Shown here piece after piece: positions 29,101 to 38,975 of a stretch of 64,000 bases of DNA; the stretch's first letter is position 1; the number at the start of each line of letters is the position of its first letter. The notes beneath the pieces are model-generated. The model ran no database searches. It was not told the DNA's origin and saw only the letters and a list, made by a program, of their open reading frames with translations. Origin of the DNA: Candidatus Pacearchaeota archaeon (GTDB taxonomy: Archaea > Nanobdellota > Nanobdellia > Pacearchaeales > GW2011-AR1). A program made the translations under genes and the position numbers. The stretch is from NCBI GenBank assembly GCA_016866955.1, contig VGKT01000002.1, positions 16,072 to 80,071 of the forward strand, in the 5' to 3' direction.

Positions 29101-30767
29101 TCAGCAGGGAGAGTAATAATAGCCTGGCTCCCAATAACTTCAGAAGAAATAATCGTAACCGCTACCCCTCCCACGTCTATCGATGGACCTGGTTGCCCGG
29201 AGGGACGATTAGGATCCCCAACAACCTCATCATGAGGAAAAAGTTTTTCAATAGGCTCAATCTTAACTCCCTCAGGAACAGGACCACAAGAAGGATCCCA
29301 TCTTTCAGTAGATTTAATTTTTGGAAGAGGATAATTCTCTGCTCCAGACCACACCCGGCTAGGAGCAGGTGTTTCACAGGCACCATATCGACTGGCAGTC
29401 AATTGTAGATTTGGGTTTTGGCAAGCAGCAACACGAAGAGTACACGAGTTTGAATAGGTTTTACCATCAGAGCCACAAACTGGAGTATAGTCCGCAAGGC
29501 ACCAGGTAGGGCATACAGTTGGGTTAGGAGTAGGAGTAGGAGTAGGAGCAGATTCAGTACTACATTCTTTTGTCACACGCACCCCTTCAGCAGAACAGAA
29601 CGAATCCCCTTCTTGTGCAAGTAATTCTTCACAACTTGGACGAGGACATAACATCTTACAATCTCCTGCTGCCACATCACCTGCAATCGTACATCCTTGC
29701 GCTTCCGCTTGATCAGAAAGTTCTGGACAGGTTCTCTTCGCAATCGTTTCATACACACTTTCAGGAGCAGGTTCCCAATTACTTGTATCCTTAACATAAT
29801 ACACGGGGAGAATTTTAAAATCACCGTCAACAGTACCATCTCCATTCAAATCACCTTCTATTCGTTGCCCATCAGGTACGCTTTCCCCTCCTTTTTCGCT
29901 CTCAACATCCGTACCAGTACAACCCTGACAAGTAACAAGCACTGGTTCACCTGGACCAGTTTTTTTAACCAAACCAATAACAGATAAACCTTCAGGAAGA
30001 GTATGCCCTTCTCCTTCTTCTTGAGGATACTTATATACATCTGCAAAATAATACTTATCATAACCATCTCCACCATCATCTCCACCATCACCATCTCCAC
30101 CATCATCTCCCCCTTCACTTCCGCCATCTCCCCCATCTCCTCCATCTCCCCCATCTCCTCCATCTCCTCCATCTCCCCCATCTCCTCCATCTCCCCCATC
30201 TCCTCCATCTCCCCCATCTCCTCCATCTCCTCCATCTCCTCCATCTCCACCATCATCTCCACCATCTCCTCCATCTCCACCATCATCATCATCATCACCA
30301 TCTCCCCCACTTCCGCCATCACCATCATCACTCAAATATTCAAACGTTACATGTCCCGTCGGAGAAAGTAAATCTGCAAAAGGAGCAAAAAAAGCAGCAA
30401 GGGGAGTTCGAGCAGGTTCAGCAGAAGGAACATCACTAAATCCAAACGCACGCAACACAAATAACGTACCCTGTCGAGTTGCTGCCACATCAGTTGTATA
30501 CAAAGGAACGGTAAAACAATCCCCAAGATTATCAGAGATACATTTCAAAGTACCTGAGCGAGGAACACTATCGGCAATATACAAAAGCGTTTCAGGTTTA
30601 ATCAATCCGTAAGTATATCCTGCAACCCAATATTGAATATCTTGTTCTCCAGCAAACGCACCATCTCGATTTCTATCAAAATTAAATGTTTTTAACGAAG
30701 CACCCGAAACAAAACTAACCAATAAACAAAGTCCAATTAAAAAGAAAACAAAACGCATTAAGCGCAT
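23172..30767 (-). CDS. giant secreted Cys-rich surface protein (six Kazal-like domains, DUF4214-like, F5/8 type C-like, GGD tract)
   Basis: Signal peptide; six C..PVCG.DG.TY.N.C-type motifs; [17 protein letters not shown]; WIQYSF...SDDG.TW...ARYYRI; [10 protein letters not shown]. Confidence 0.88.
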   Translation of the reverse strand: MRLMRFVFFLIGLCLLVSFVSGASLKTFNFDRNRDGAFAGEQDIQYWVAGYTYGLIKPETLLYIADSVPRSGTLKCISDNLGDCFTVPLYTTDVAATRQGTLFVLRAFGFSDVPSAEPARTPLAAFFAPFADLLSPTGHVTFEYLSDDGDGGSGGDGDDDDDGGDGGDGGDDGGDGGDGGDGGDGGDGGDGGDGGDGGDGGDGGDGGDGGDGGDGGSEGGDDGGDGDGGDDGGDGYDKYYFADVYKYPQEEGEGHTLPEGLSVIGLVKKTGPGEPVLVTCQGCTGTDVESEKGGESVPDGQRIEGDLNGDGTVDGDFKILPVYYVKDTSNWEPAPESVYETIAKRTCPELSDQAEAQGCTIAGDVAAGDCKMLCPRPSCEELLAQEGDSFCSAEGVRVTKECSTESAPTPTPTPNPTVCPTWCLADYTPVCGSDGKTYSNSCTLRVAACQNPNLQLTASRYGACETPAPSRVWSGAENYPLPKIKSTERWDPSCGPVPEGVKIEPIEKLFPHDEVVGDPNRPSGQPGPSIDVGGVAVTIISSEVIGSQAIITLPAETCYSIPLCTGPYACLAPAQQVPCDSPSCTSGPCSGTDGETTGPDPDTCGAFGWDPTCNLDINFDTCTTGGETYQCPNGKIVAKPCETVTPSSDLIPLSFSSPIVTQLTSAPGFVPLLSPKIDEWTIQLGKQECLPDGSGVRQDFSFGVNKVLASSYMLYNSRGGWDQLIQQGTTGNMKAQETIDSYFIYKFGEEVTLKLFGDGVQRASVGPFVIPQKDTCITQLDKAVCGNNICETGEATGNACTVSSTSLQTIGHSYFDEPRFEALAASSACSYLGLQGEKRGNTCYYPWYVFDMTDIQNQAMCAQRGGTYAIANNERQCTLSGIGVFFESTDSNRLVTWQKTDGYQGCACRTSTGSATAYICSPVTVSAQCRSGTYIGSSSSSSSATPATTTPTTTTTSCAQPLNPRPAGYDATTVVYQTGAYYSFFNIQGDGTYFVGGYPGGVVSFPDGRGSYPPGTQVRINGIAGLTCLQLPGSSTSFVTPLTQTPTTQGTGIAGCPVLYDETSAGYQAGTFQGYSRSSWQVPVSGFVSKSSIGTIPLGFSLTAPSVWQIGSQGGPAYGSLTLDGQSISLPPHGSFNSIKYASGQIVRGRYTAQSGEQTTFCVRLPGGVVPVSTQQEQKITATYLGADQDRVGPWGTFSAYGGVDHHFIVQLSLPVAKTITSAYLQHAFQGEYWSTSSTNAYPLVFIGNGQQLNYEYGQSLGIYPAGTYQLDVFAAKVQPWSGGTLTLYFADGSSQVITIPVSGTGSGSKIVVDFVPIGSSVCSNGGPVYQPSSGDGMSTTSFVTHLGGNLVFTYENVGGQWKLSQTTAASVAPLVGTMYPSGSVVPYSPSYFSGGTHYVHFCLALPVIKATSTSGTFSCSTPDATTFANGLVTLSTDAFVETLYERLFLRSSDPQGKAYWTGLLTQGISTRAQVVEGFLKSVEYKALYAERCTVIAPPTTPTTTPNVPKVPEVCTQTVSVGSCPQDCKVQPPAAVWGIQKTGLSCDTKKDLAAVYFQLDVGDGAWYLVDSRGGLVHKGTGGGTDGKVGPLPSFFGAYGMSGEMVLYSGVYPLGTSQASFSYILPGPAGCNDVTSEPDNWYVDLCGEKTVRGDPIWVGRVCVDSLTHAPIDSVLCTPIITIVGGGKGGGEGGGKGGGEGGGDGGNHCTSDYTPVCGADGKDYRNACWADTLGGGVAFYWECKYSRNFIGICQGRERAKQFAYYPFGRDSRHALRFTDSKGSFVSENLYEECYISEHPFGEFGQKVDSCEGEKCYVSKLYCVAPGVSPERGGDFVPCTSCSDGECAAFREESFVCPVAPICIAPADCSYSNPGIDHFGCQIDCGTLSCEGNGRDACGPLTCPRAPKGYHYGAPVLNEKGCPITCGNIVSDDVVLCADVVTCPQVFIPIGGKCTLEDNSYDANGCLSGCGKLHCVKIPEPVTCSAVYKPVCGDDGVTYGNSCEAETLGVSIVSTGACTTPPVGILCLPGFTHTCFEGSCTCVSDGAGNTNQAGCTSLSGTIVPTMSSYTSSVGTVSSNSEALNYPTVGGPQGQAWGAFSGGTNFWQSQVVSASAPKWIQYSFIAPRTIGAYQFKLLGGNPLVAQFVLESSDDGVTWAIRDSASLSDARTVNKRMLASPVSARYYRITFTKLEVQTPGNPQNTLVVMQSLEFYECTGGSEYACASEPSAPVCGTNEVTYDKACLATQVGITIAYQGVCSTISTTCPTLFGSISAGPLVCGEDGISYSSPCKAAQAQVAVAYYGPCVPSCASQPASPVCGANGLSYMNPCFAGQATTSVACAGSCPCSGDILVPPITCTNPLGCTIGIVTNTTLPSACGDKICDTKAGETRALCPADCKSLAEEMCTKRKGEFDSKKLVCVVGKKIIPSNPENVRLDASQSDSLDSLKKQKNQAAVQALIGRTSGTASAVRDDVPGTDEELEEAGVILGKNSKTSRDKSRGSLFVTRGCFDDRLTDISRILNWFKCVYLPRFLQS
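25657..25721. repeat. 12-nt tandem repeat encoding GGG(K/E)
   Basis: TCCTCCACCTT(C/T) units. Confidence 0.8.
30064..30330. repeat. 9-nt tandem repeat encoding (GGD)n
   Basis: CCATCTCC(T/C/A) units. Confidence 0.92.
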
Positions 30768-31273
30768 ATGGTTTCACTCCCCAAAGGAATACGAAGATAT
30801 TCTTTTTCAGTTGACATATTACGTATCACCACTGTTCCCGTAACTGCATCAACGGAGTGTGCACGCACGCGATACGAAAGAACACCATCACGAATAGGCA
30901 ATAATCCTTCTCCTCGCCAGAAAAACCAAGAATACGTTCGCTCTTTCACCGTCGTAGGTTGGGCAGAAGAATCAATAAACGTCCATCCAAGAGGAAGTTG
31001 TTCTTCGAGTAAAAAAGAAGAAGGAGGATTAAAGGCATTCACATTCACTTTAACTTGTACCGTTAGAACATTCCCTTCATCTTCAATAATCGCACGTTGT
31101 AAACAAATATGTTCGTCAGAAAAAAATCGAGCGGCACCCATTCCCCCTAAACTCAAAACCACTAAACAAATACCTATCAAAAGTCCGATACTAATCGCAC
31201 CGAGTCCTCGCTGAGAAGCAATCACCTGCATCATATACTGGGCATGTACGCATTTATAAATACTCCTCGACAA
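30758..31273 (-). CDS. signal-anchored beta-sandwich (DUF11/cohesin-like) protein
   Basis: TM helix, then V.V.V...LLEEQLP.GW...W......LSY.V; overlaps the giant-gene start; true start probably slightly downstream. Confidence 0.7.
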   Translation of the reverse strand: MSRSIYKCVHAQYMMQVIASQRGLGAISIGLLIGICLVVLSLGGMGAARFFSDEHICLQRAIIEDEGNVLTVQVKVNVNAFNPPSSFLLEEQLPLGWTFIDSSAQPTTVKERTYSWFFWRGEGLLPIRDGVLSYRVRAHSVDAVTGTVVIRNMSTEKEYLRIPLGSETICA

Positions 31274-31344
31274 AAAAGTACCCTCTAAAAATAAGATTGT
31301 TGAATGACAACAATCTTTATATAGGAAAAAAGAAAATAAAAGAT

Positions 31345-31530
31345 ATGAATAAATGGCTTGAAATTCTTCTTGGACTTATCCTTATTATAGTACCAGTAGG
31401 ACTTGCATTAAGCACCTGGCCACTCTGGTGGACAAATGCACTTATTGTTCTCACAGGTGGACTCTTCTGGGGACTCATTGGTCTTGGCCTCTTATTTCTC
31501 CTCCTAGGTATTTCTGATTTGAAAGGATAA
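31345..31530 (+). CDS. small two-TM membrane protein
   Basis: MNKWLEILLGL...LGISDLKG; TTTATA just upstream. Confidence 0.8.
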   Translation: MNKWLEILLGLILIIVPVGLALSTWPLWWTNALIVLTGGLFWGLIGLGLLFLLLGISDLKG

Positions 31531-31915
31531 TATGAACACGGGCCCTCAGAAGCTTTTTATATACCTCACAAATGCAAAATATGCTCTTGATAACTTTACC
31601 TCAAATAAAAGAAAAAAGAATAAGAAAAAAATCTTGAAACAAGGGGGTATTCCAATAAAAAAGATACTAAAGCAGCGCTTATGCGTGGATAATATGTTCA
31701 GAAAAATTCGAAGGAAAAGTTAACAAAAGTGAGGAGAGCCTATCTGTTGATGTCCTGGAGAACAGGTTGTAGTGCCGCAACTTGTCTGATATGCAGGTGA
31801 AGAAACCATACGACAGAAACCCCAACGAAACGTTCGTTTTGCGGAACCTTAACAAGAAACGACTATTTAATTGTTATTTATGTTGGGTTGATAGGATAGA
31901 CTAATGTTCCGAGCG

Positions 31916-34060
31916 CTAAACTCTTTTTGCACAAGTAACGCTTGTTAAATATCCGCAACGATCTCCGGTACAAGCAGGGGCTGCAACCCAAGAAGTGCCA
32001 TCCCATGATACCTTCACGTTTCCTTTACGTCTACATCCGTGCGTCCAGCATTGTGTTGTATGATTTGTAGAATAAGCATGTCCTGCTTCAACACAAAGTC
32101 GATCTAAAGATTGTTTAACTTGAGCAGCAGAACGAGCGGGAGAGATAGTAACAGTTTGAACAGTCGCACAAGTAACGCTTGTTAAATATCCGCAACGATC
32201 TCCGTCACAAGCAGGGGCTGCAACCCAAGAAGTGCCATCCCATGATACCTTCACGTTTCCTTTACGTCTACATCCGTGCGTCCAGCATTGTGTTGTATGA
32301 TTTGTAGAATAAGCATGTCCTGCTTCAACACAAAGTCGATCTAAAGATGGTTTAACTTGAGCAGCAGAACGAGCGGGAGAGATAGTAACAGTTTGAACAG
32401 CATTCACAGGTTTAGGAATCGCAACAGTAAATGTTTGCACAGGTTTAGGAATCGCAACAGTAAATGTTTGTCCAGAACTCAAGGTCACCACTAACGTTGC
32501 CCCTTCAAAGGGCGTATGAGCTGGTTGCATATACAGAACAAAGGGAGTCGTCCCAATACCAAAGGGAATCTCTTGCTTATACGCTTTGTTCACAAGGGTC
32601 CTTGATGAATCATTATACACTACAATCGGCCAAGCTCGGGTATTTGTAGTTGACCAATATTCTCCTGCCCAAGCATGAGTAAGATCTAATCCACGAATAA
32701 CACCACCAGTAGTAGAAGTAAGATTAAAACGAACAGCGAAATCAGTTCCTCCTGCTTGGACAAATTGATTCCATTGTCCTGCACGATCTTCACTCTGATC
32801 ACGATACGAAGCGGTACCTGAAGCTACCTGTGTGCATGCTCCATTACTACATCCTCCCGGACAAGTAAAGGGAGTAAGCGCCATTCCACCAGAAGCACAA
32901 TAGTTTTCTTGCACCATATTACCATTGCATGAATCAGTTTGAGGAGTTCCTCCCTGAGTAGTGCTTCCCTGCACAAAGATGTTTTTACCATCAGGAGCAT
33001 AGGAAGTAACATCGCTATCAGTGCATTCCGAAGTCCCACATTCAGGATTCCAAACTTTTTCTCCAGTAAAACCACTACATGCAATAAAATAGGCTCTTCC
33101 ATTTTGCAGTCTGAAATCTTCGTTTGTTCCAGAAGGTGAAGGTTGATAAGTTCGATTAGTGCTGAACCATTTTGCATTACCATTTTCAAGTGTAGGCTCT
33201 GTAATGGTATTACAACTTATTCCTTTCCGCTGTAACTCTCCCAATACGTTAGACGCCTTGTAATTAAATCTATTACTACATCTTGGCTCAGAAACAAGAT
33301 TATAACCGGATACAAGACTTATGTTTAAGGTTCCATCAATAAAATAACCAGTAAATGTAACTGGGCCTGTTGTTCTAACAAGAATTCCTTCATTTGTTTT
33401 TAAAGCAGGATTAAAATCATTGGACCATTTACCAAAGAGATAAGATGATGATTCATATTTGTTATTCCTTAATAAATAAATACTTGCCCCATTTGAACCA
33501 GTAACCCATTTGCTTAAATTGCCATCAGGCATTTGGACAGGAGCACCATAATACCCTGAAGAAAGATTAACAGAAATATAATTGCTTGGAGAGATACAAG
33601 CCCCATTTGAACAGCCATTAGGACACTCCAAAGGTTTAGAGTAAAGTAATCCGCCATCGCAATAAAATTCAACCAAGGTATTTTTTGTTTTATTCATTCC
33701 GATATTGTCATAGGGTCTTTCTTGTGCACAATAATCAGTTATTGTATATGGCGTACAGGCTGATTGATTTAAACATTTTGTTGCTCCGGTTGTAGTTCCA
33801 AGAACCTCATAGTTCTTTCCACCGTCGCTATCCGTACACGTAGCAGGAGGAACAGAAGGCACTGAAGTATTCACTGAAGTATTCACTGAAGTATTCACTG
33901 AAGTATTCACTGAAGTATTCACTGAAGTATCAGGACTAAATCGAACATCCGGGGATTTTGCAAACCAACTAAACGGATTCCACCACACCGCACTCACCAA
34001 CGAAACAGACAAAAGCGCCACTAACAAGAAAATAAAAACAACACGGGCCCCTTTATGCAT
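31916..34060 (-). CDS. secreted Cys-rich modular surface protein (CTDSD modules, NTSV repeats, duplicated C-terminal domain)
   Basis: Signal peptide, WWNPFSW, two CTDSD...C..GCSNGAC modules, 79-aa tandem duplication. Confidence 0.85.
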   Translation of the reverse strand: MHKGARVVFIFLLVALLSVSLVSAVWWNPFSWFAKSPDVRFSPDTSVNTSVNTSVNTSVNTSVNTSVPSVPPATCTDSDGGKNYEVLGTTTGATKCLNQSACTPYTITDYCAQERPYDNIGMNKTKNTLVEFYCDGGLLYSKPLECPNGCSNGACISPSNYISVNLSSGYYGAPVQMPDGNLSKWVTGSNGASIYLLRNNKYESSSYLFGKWSNDFNPALKTNEGILVRTTGPVTFTGYFIDGTLNISLVSGYNLVSEPRCSNRFNYKASNVLGELQRKGISCNTITEPTLENGNAKWFSTNRTYQPSPSGTNEDFRLQNGRAYFIACSGFTGEKVWNPECGTSECTDSDVTSYAPDGKNIFVQGSTTQGGTPQTDSCNGNMVQENYCASGGMALTPFTCPGGCSNGACTQVASGTASYRDQSEDRAGQWNQFVQAGGTDFAVRFNLTSTTGGVIRGLDLTHAWAGEYWSTTNTRAWPIVVYNDSSRTLVNKAYKQEIPFGIGTTPFVLYMQPAHTPFEGATLVVTLSSGQTFTVAIPKPVQTFTVAIPKPVNAVQTVTISPARSAAQVKPSLDRLCVEAGHAYSTNHTTQCWTHGCRRKGNVKVSWDGTSWVAAPACDGDRCGYLTSVTCATVQTVTISPARSAAQVKQSLDRLCVEAGHAYSTNHTTQCWTHGCRRKGNVKVSWDGTSWVAAPACTGDRCGYLTSVTCAKRV
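31929..32400. repeat. 237-nt-period tandem duplication (31929-32163, 32166-32400)
   Basis: Only three mismatches found by manual alignment. Confidence 0.93.
32405..32470. repeat. perfect 33-nt tandem duplication (QTFTVAIPKPV x2)
   Basis: CACAGGTTTAGGAATCGCAACAGTAAATGTTTG twice. Confidence 0.93.
33860..33930. repeat. 12-nt tandem repeat, about 6 copies (NTSV)
   Basis: CACTGAAGTATT x5 plus an 11-nt partial copy. Confidence 0.93.
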
Positions 34061-34062
34061 AC

Positions 34063-34082
34063 GAGAGAGAGAGAGAGAGAGA
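34063..34082. repeat. (GA)10/(CT)10 microsatellite between TATA box (34086-34093) and ATG (34060)
   Basis: Read directly. Confidence 0.95.
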
Positions 34083-34424
34083 CGCTATATAAACATTTCG
34101 CCAAAAACGGCTCAGTAGAAGAGGAGATAAAACGTAAAGAAAACCAGTAGGTTAGAAGACTCTACTCGCAACAAAATGCAATTATAAAAGTACAAAAACA
34201 TGAGGAAGTGCAAGCGTGGTGTGAAGAACCTGAAGCGCATCAAAAAAAGAGTCCCAAGCTCAAGATAAAGAGATCTGCATATATTCATACCGAGTAAGAA
34301 AAAGAAGGAAGGGGAACTATTATTTTCTTATGGGGTAAGAAAATACCTGAATACCTGCTCTCGCACTTCATCAAAACATACATTCAGAACCTCACAAAAA
34401 GGTAAGTAAACAATAAACCTATCT

Positions 34425-34979
34425 TTACTTCTCACTCAACTTAACTGCTGCACGAATATTTTTATTCAATTGTTCCATAGAATCATCTAATTGTTGTTTA
34501 TTCTTAGTTCCAGTACATACCAACTTCCCGTTACTAAACAATAAGAACGTAGCCGTAGGCTCAACTAATTTATACACCAACCCTGGAAATTGTTCAGGTT
34601 CATATTCTGTATTTTCAAGTTGTAATGCAAGTACATTCAAATTCAATTGTAAATCGATGCTTCCAGAAGCAACAATATTCTGCACGGTAATCTTTGGAAC
34701 AGTGGTGATACGTACTCCAATTTTACCAATTTGTTTCATCACTGCTTTAATGACTTCTTTTACTTGTGCCACCGATTTAGTACCCGTACACACCAGATTT
34801 CCAGAACTAAACACTAACACTGCAGATTTTGGTTTCTCGATACGCAACACCAAACCAGGAAATTGCTCAGGATTATATTCAGTATTACTTTGAGAACGTG
34901 CAAGTTTAGTCAAAGAAACTTCCTTACCTAAAGAAGCGGTAGCAACAATATTTTGGACCTTCAAATCCGATGTACCCAT
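34425..34979 (-). CDS. tbp: TATA-box binding protein
   Basis: Two repeats of QNIVA(T/S), Y.PEQFPGLV, LFS.G.LVCTG. Confidence 0.98.
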   Translation of the reverse strand: MGTSDLKVQNIVATASLGKEVSLTKLARSQSNTEYNPEQFPGLVLRIEKPKSAVLVFSSGNLVCTGTKSVAQVKEVIKAVMKQIGKIGVRITTVPKITVQNIVASGSIDLQLNLNVLALQLENTEYEPEQFPGLVYKLVEPTATFLLFSNGKLVCTGTKNKQQLDDSMEQLNKNIRAAVKLSEK

Positions 34980-35053
34980 ATCGGTGTTTATATAGTACTT
35001 CCTTTATAAAGGTGCCGTTTATAAAGGGATAGAGAAGAAGAAAAAAGGGCCTC

Positions 35054-36766
35054 TCACTGTAATCCAAAACCACCAGAGGCGTGTTGTTTCTTCACCAACG
35101 CCTTAATCTCATCCAAGGTAGCTATATCATGCGGTTTCCGATCAGGACGATAATGTAAAATACGTGGAAAACGTAATCCAAATCCTGAAGTATACCGTGG
35201 ACTTGGTTGAATATTTTGATACGTAATACTCACCACAAGTTGGGGTTTCACTCGGACCATATTTCCTTCAGTATGCGTAATCAACGGTTTCAAAAGTTTT
35301 GTCATTGCTTCATAGGTCATCCCTTCTTCCTCTTTCTCTTTCAATCCACTACTCACCATTCCCAATTCTTTGTAATGTGCCCCTTCTTTACATGCAACCA
35401 CATAACTCGTCAACCAGCCCCCTCGTTTACCAGTTCCTGTCTCTGCACCCACAATAACCACATCTAAATCAGCTACAAGAGGTTTTAGTTTAACCATGTA
35501 CCCTACTCGCCTCCCTGGGCGATAAGGAGCATCTAACTTCTTAATCATAATACCCTCTTCACCTAAAGCAAGCGCTTTTTTGTAAAATCGTTCAGCAACA
35601 GCCAGGTCATCAGTAACTATCTGTTCAGAAGGATGAATCTCTTTATGAACAGGAATAATCTTCTCAAGTAATTTCCTTCGCTCGACAAAAGGCAATTCAG
35701 TCACCCCTTCTCCTTTATAATACAACACATCAAACACATTGACGACCACTGGCAATTGTTTCACTAATTCTTCAATATGATGCTTTCGTCTAATACGTTG
35801 GCTAATTGCTTCGAATGGTTTTGTCTTGCCTGTTTTCGGGTCATGCCCCACTACCTCAGCATCTAAAATATAAGTAGTATTTCCCAACGTTTTCTGCATC
35901 ACTTGTACTACATCAGGAAATTGATGTGTAACTGATTCCAATTTTCGAGTAAACAAACGAATTTCTCCTTTTTCATCACGCATCAGCACCATCCGAAACC
36001 CATCATACTTATGTTCCAAAGCAGCAGGTTTCCCACAAATCTCAAATGCTTCAGCTAAATCCGTCACTTTCACCGGCAACATAACTTGCAAAGGTTTATT
36101 CGGATGTAACACCATTTTCCGCAACGCAGCTTTCCCTCGCGCAGCAGCATGTAGCACGCCCGCAAAGTCAGTAGTCAAATCATAACTCTCTTGCACCAAT
36201 GCAATGACTTCACTTTCATCAGGATACCAGGCTTGTGCAATCGCATCAACCAACACCGCCCCTTGGACACCAATACGCAAATCGCCCAATAAAGTCCGTA
36301 CAATATATTTTGCTTCCAAAGCTGAAGCCTGTCCTAACAATCCTTCAACCACTCCAAGCTTTCGTTCCACACTTCCTTTCCCACTCAATCCCAAAATACT
36401 TTCTAATTGGGTAAAAAGATAAGCAGTAGTCAAAGATTTTGAAAACAATCCTTTTTGTGTTCGTTTTTCAACAAGTTTCTCCGTAATCTCTCCCAAATCT
36501 CCTTGTGTTGCAAACAAAGCCTCAATCTTTTCAAAGGTCTTTCCAAATGTTTGTGCAAGTCCTTTCATCACTAATTGCTTCGAAATACCAAATTCTCGAT
36601 TATCATAATCAGCAGTTACTTTTCCATGAAGCAAATACACAAATCGTGCATCTTCTTTTAACAAAAGAGGTAAAAACTTCGCAAGAATATCGCGTTTCTC
36701 CAAACGCTTGGTTGTTCCTCCAAGCTTCTCATACACTTCAACTAATTCCTTATACTGCATCACCAT
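35054..36766 (-). CDS. lig: ATP-dependent DNA ligase
   Basis: EHKYDGFR, EGIMIK, Y.PGRR, LRFPR. Confidence 0.97.
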   Translation of the reverse strand: MVMQYKELVEVYEKLGGTTKRLEKRDILAKFLPLLLKEDARFVYLLHGKVTADYDNREFGISKQLVMKGLAQTFGKTFEKIEALFATQGDLGEITEKLVEKRTQKGLFSKSLTTAYLFTQLESILGLSGKGSVERKLGVVEGLLGQASALEAKYIVRTLLGDLRIGVQGAVLVDAIAQAWYPDESEVIALVQESYDLTTDFAGVLHAAARGKAALRKMVLHPNKPLQVMLPVKVTDLAEAFEICGKPAALEHKYDGFRMVLMRDEKGEIRLFTRKLESVTHQFPDVVQVMQKTLGNTTYILDAEVVGHDPKTGKTKPFEAISQRIRRKHHIEELVKQLPVVVNVFDVLYYKGEGVTELPFVERRKLLEKIIPVHKEIHPSEQIVTDDLAVAERFYKKALALGEEGIMIKKLDAPYRPGRRVGYMVKLKPLVADLDVVIVGAETGTGKRGGWLTSYVVACKEGAHYKELGMVSSGLKEKEEEGMTYEAMTKLLKPLITHTEGNMVRVKPQLVVSITYQNIQPSPRYTSGFGLRFPRILHYRPDRKPHDIATLDEIKALVKKQHASGGFGLQ

Positions 36767-36983
36767 ACTCTGATTGACAAAGACGAGTATAAAAGCATAT
36801 CTTTCAAAAGAAAATTCCTACCGACGATAAAAACTACTTACCGTCGATACAAAAAGAAGTGCAAACACTAACGAAAGAATCATCACTCTCTTGTACGTCG
36901 TTTCTCCAACAATTACTCATATATAAACATTTATTTTTTCCTCAAAACAACAACTATATAAAAACAAAAAAGAGAAGAATGAT

Positions 36984-37685
36984 ATGAAAAAAGAAACAAG
37001 ATATCAACTCTTCTTACTCACTCTTTTCCTGGCCGTCTGGATCTGGGCAGCAAGTGACCCGGTATATCCACATGATTGGCTCCTTGAAAATTATCTCACT
37101 TTCATCACTGTCCCCTTAATACTTATCACTGCACGCTATTTCCGTCTTTCTAATCTTTCATATACGCTCATCACGCTATTTATGATACTCCATACAATTG
37201 GTAGTCATTATACGTATGCAGAAGTTCCCTTTGGTTATACCCTCCAAGACTGGTTTGGTTCAAGTAGAAACATGTACGATCGCTTAGTACACTTTTGTTT
37301 CGGTTTTCTCATTGCTTACCCCATGCGTGAAATCTTTATGCGTATTGGAAAACAGCGTGGATTCTGGAGTTATTGGATTCCAATTGAACTCACGCTAGCA
37401 ACATCTTGTATATATGAACTCATTGAATGGGGTGTTGCAGCAATAGTAAATCCTGAAGCAGGACTCGCTTTCCTCGGAAGTCAAGGAGATATTTGGGATG
37501 CACAAAAAGATATGGCTCTTGCAGGAGTGGGCGCACTTATCGCCTTAGGTATTGTCTTTTTCATTAACCTCAAATATAATAAAAACGTCTGGTCAGATTT
37601 CAAAGCCTCATTACGCATCCCAAAAGATGACAAACCATTGGGAGAAGTTAAACTCAGAGAATTAGTAAAGAGAAATAACTACTAA
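36984..37685 (+). CDS. DUF2238 (YjdF-like) membrane protein
   Basis: DWLLEN, HYTYAEVPFG, RNMYDRLVHF, YELIEW, FLGSQGDIWDAQKDM. Confidence 0.93.
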   Translation: MKKETRYQLFLLTLFLAVWIWAASDPVYPHDWLLENYLTFITVPLILITARYFRLSNLSYTLITLFMILHTIGSHYTYAEVPFGYTLQDWFGSSRNMYDRLVHFCFGFLIAYPMREIFMRIGKQRGFWSYWIPIELTLATSCIYELIEWGVAAIVNPEAGLAFLGSQGDIWDAQKDMALAGVGALIALGIVFFINLKYNKNVWSDFKASLRIPKDDKPLGEVKLRELVKRNNY

Positions 37686-37732
37686 TATTCTAAGCACTCA
37701 TAATCTTATAAAGAAGGAAAAAATAAAAAGAT

Positions 37733-38410
37733 ATGGAAAAAATATCTGCAGGAAATTATGATCTCAACGTATTACTTCATGGAGGGTATGAGTCAGACAT
37801 TATTTCAATGATTTACGGACCTTCAGGTGCAGGAAAAACTAATTATTGCTTACTCGTTGCAATTTCACAAGCGAAAAAAGGAAACAAAGTAGTGTTTATC
37901 GATACTGAAGGGGGATTCAGCATTGAACGCATTACTCAACTTGCAGGGGAAGAAACAGAAAAAATACTTCCCAACATCAGTGTACTTCAACCAACCTCAT
38001 TTGGAGAACAACAACAGGCATTTCAACAACTCAATAAATATCTCAAACAAGGCATCAGTGTCCTCATTATTGATGGCATGACCATTCTGTATCGCCTTGA
38101 AAACGTAGGAGTGTCCGAAGAACAAATGCGAAATACAAATAGACAACTTGCAAAACAAATGCAACAACTTGCAGAAATTGCACGTAAACGACATATTCCA
38201 GTCATTATCACCAACCAAGTCTATCGCTGGGAAGAAACAACCAAAATGGTTGGAGGTGATGTCATGCAATATTGGAGTAAATGCCATATAGAACTTACCA
38301 AAGAAAATGGCATGAGAAAAGCAGTCATACGGAAACATCGCTCATTACCTGAACGAGAACTTAACTTTGAAATAACGGAAAAAGGAATTAAAAAGAAAGG
38401 GCTTTTTTAA
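37733..38410 (+). CDS. radB: DNA repair and recombination protein RadB
   Basis: GPSGAGKT, IDTEGGFS.ER, ITNQVY, C-terminal KHR motif; lacks the RadA N-domain. Confidence 0.93.
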   Translation: MEKISAGNYDLNVLLHGGYESDIISMIYGPSGAGKTNYCLLVAISQAKKGNKVVFIDTEGGFSIERITQLAGEETEKILPNISVLQPTSFGEQQQAFQQLNKYLKQGISVLIIDGMTILYRLENVGVSEEQMRNTNRQLAKQMQQLAEIARKRHIPVIITNQVYRWEETTKMVGGDVMQYWSKCHIELTKENGMRKAVIRKHRSLPERELNFEITEKGIKKKGLF

Positions 38411-38450
38411 GCTCTTAAAATAAAAATAAAAAATAGAAAGAAAAAGAGAA

Positions 38451-38630
38451 TTATCTCTTCTTTTTCTGAGATACGTCACAGCATTCTTTGCACGCAAATT
38501 GATGTACAAGCAAGAGAACTGCTGCAATACCTATGATCAAACTACTCGAACCGAGAAGCGCTGGCCAAAATGCAAGGACTGCGATCACAAGATACAACAC
38601 AGTTTGAACAAGAGAACAATTACATTTCAT
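38451..38630 (-). CDS. 59-aa two-TM protein with Cys clusters (not in ORF track)
   Basis: MKCNCSLVQ...LLVHQFACKECCDVSQKKKR; GAGGTGA SD; T-rich tract downstream. Confidence 0.8.
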   Translation of the reverse strand: MKCNCSLVQTVLYLVIAVLAFWPALLGSSSLIIGIAAVLLLVHQFACKECCDVSQKKKR

Positions 38631-38691
38631 GTCTTCACCTCAAAAATACTAAGAAAAAGGGCTTAATAAAGGTTACTCAAGAAAAAAAGAG

Positions 38692-38937
38692 TTACAAGCC
38701 TTTAGCCATGGCTTCAGTATCTTTTTGCACAGCAACAACCGCTTGTTTTACTACCTTTTCAACGCCCGCGGCATGGCGAATAGTCATGATAACAGGTTTT
38801 GAATAATGCTCTTTTTTCCAAGCAGCGAAATCAACCCCTTGTTCATAAAGGTACGCGCGAAGAGCCTCAGCAACAGTAACATTGTCTAAAGACAGAGTAG
38901 CTTCAGATTTAGAAGACAAAGTAAGTGTAATATGCAT
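38692..38937 (-). CDS. rpoL: RNA polymerase subunit L (Rpo11)
   Basis: TVAEALRAYL...VDFAAWKKEH pattern and size. Confidence 0.75.
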   Translation of the reverse strand: MHITLTLSSKSEATLSLDNVTVAEALRAYLYEQGVDFAAWKKEHYSKPVIMTIRHAAGVEKVVKQAVVAVQKDTEAMAKGL

Positions 38938-38975
38938 ACAAAGCTGAGACAAAAAGCGATTTATAAAGCTTGCCC

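Noticed and set aside
29858-30371. ORFs rich in M/E or I/S (29858-30331, 30003-30371)
   Set aside because: They are alternative-frame and antisense shadows of the (GGD)n repeat.
31760-31830. Hammerhead ribozyme (CTGAT...GAAA)
   Set aside because: The core reads CTGATAT rather than CTGANGA, and I could not build the flanking stems.
33860-33930. CRISPR-like repeat array
   Set aside because: The 12-nt units have no spacers, lie in frame within a CDS, and no cas genes are present.
34100-34420. Possible gene in the gap before tbp
   Set aside because: Only short broken frames without a convincing start; at most a decayed remnant.
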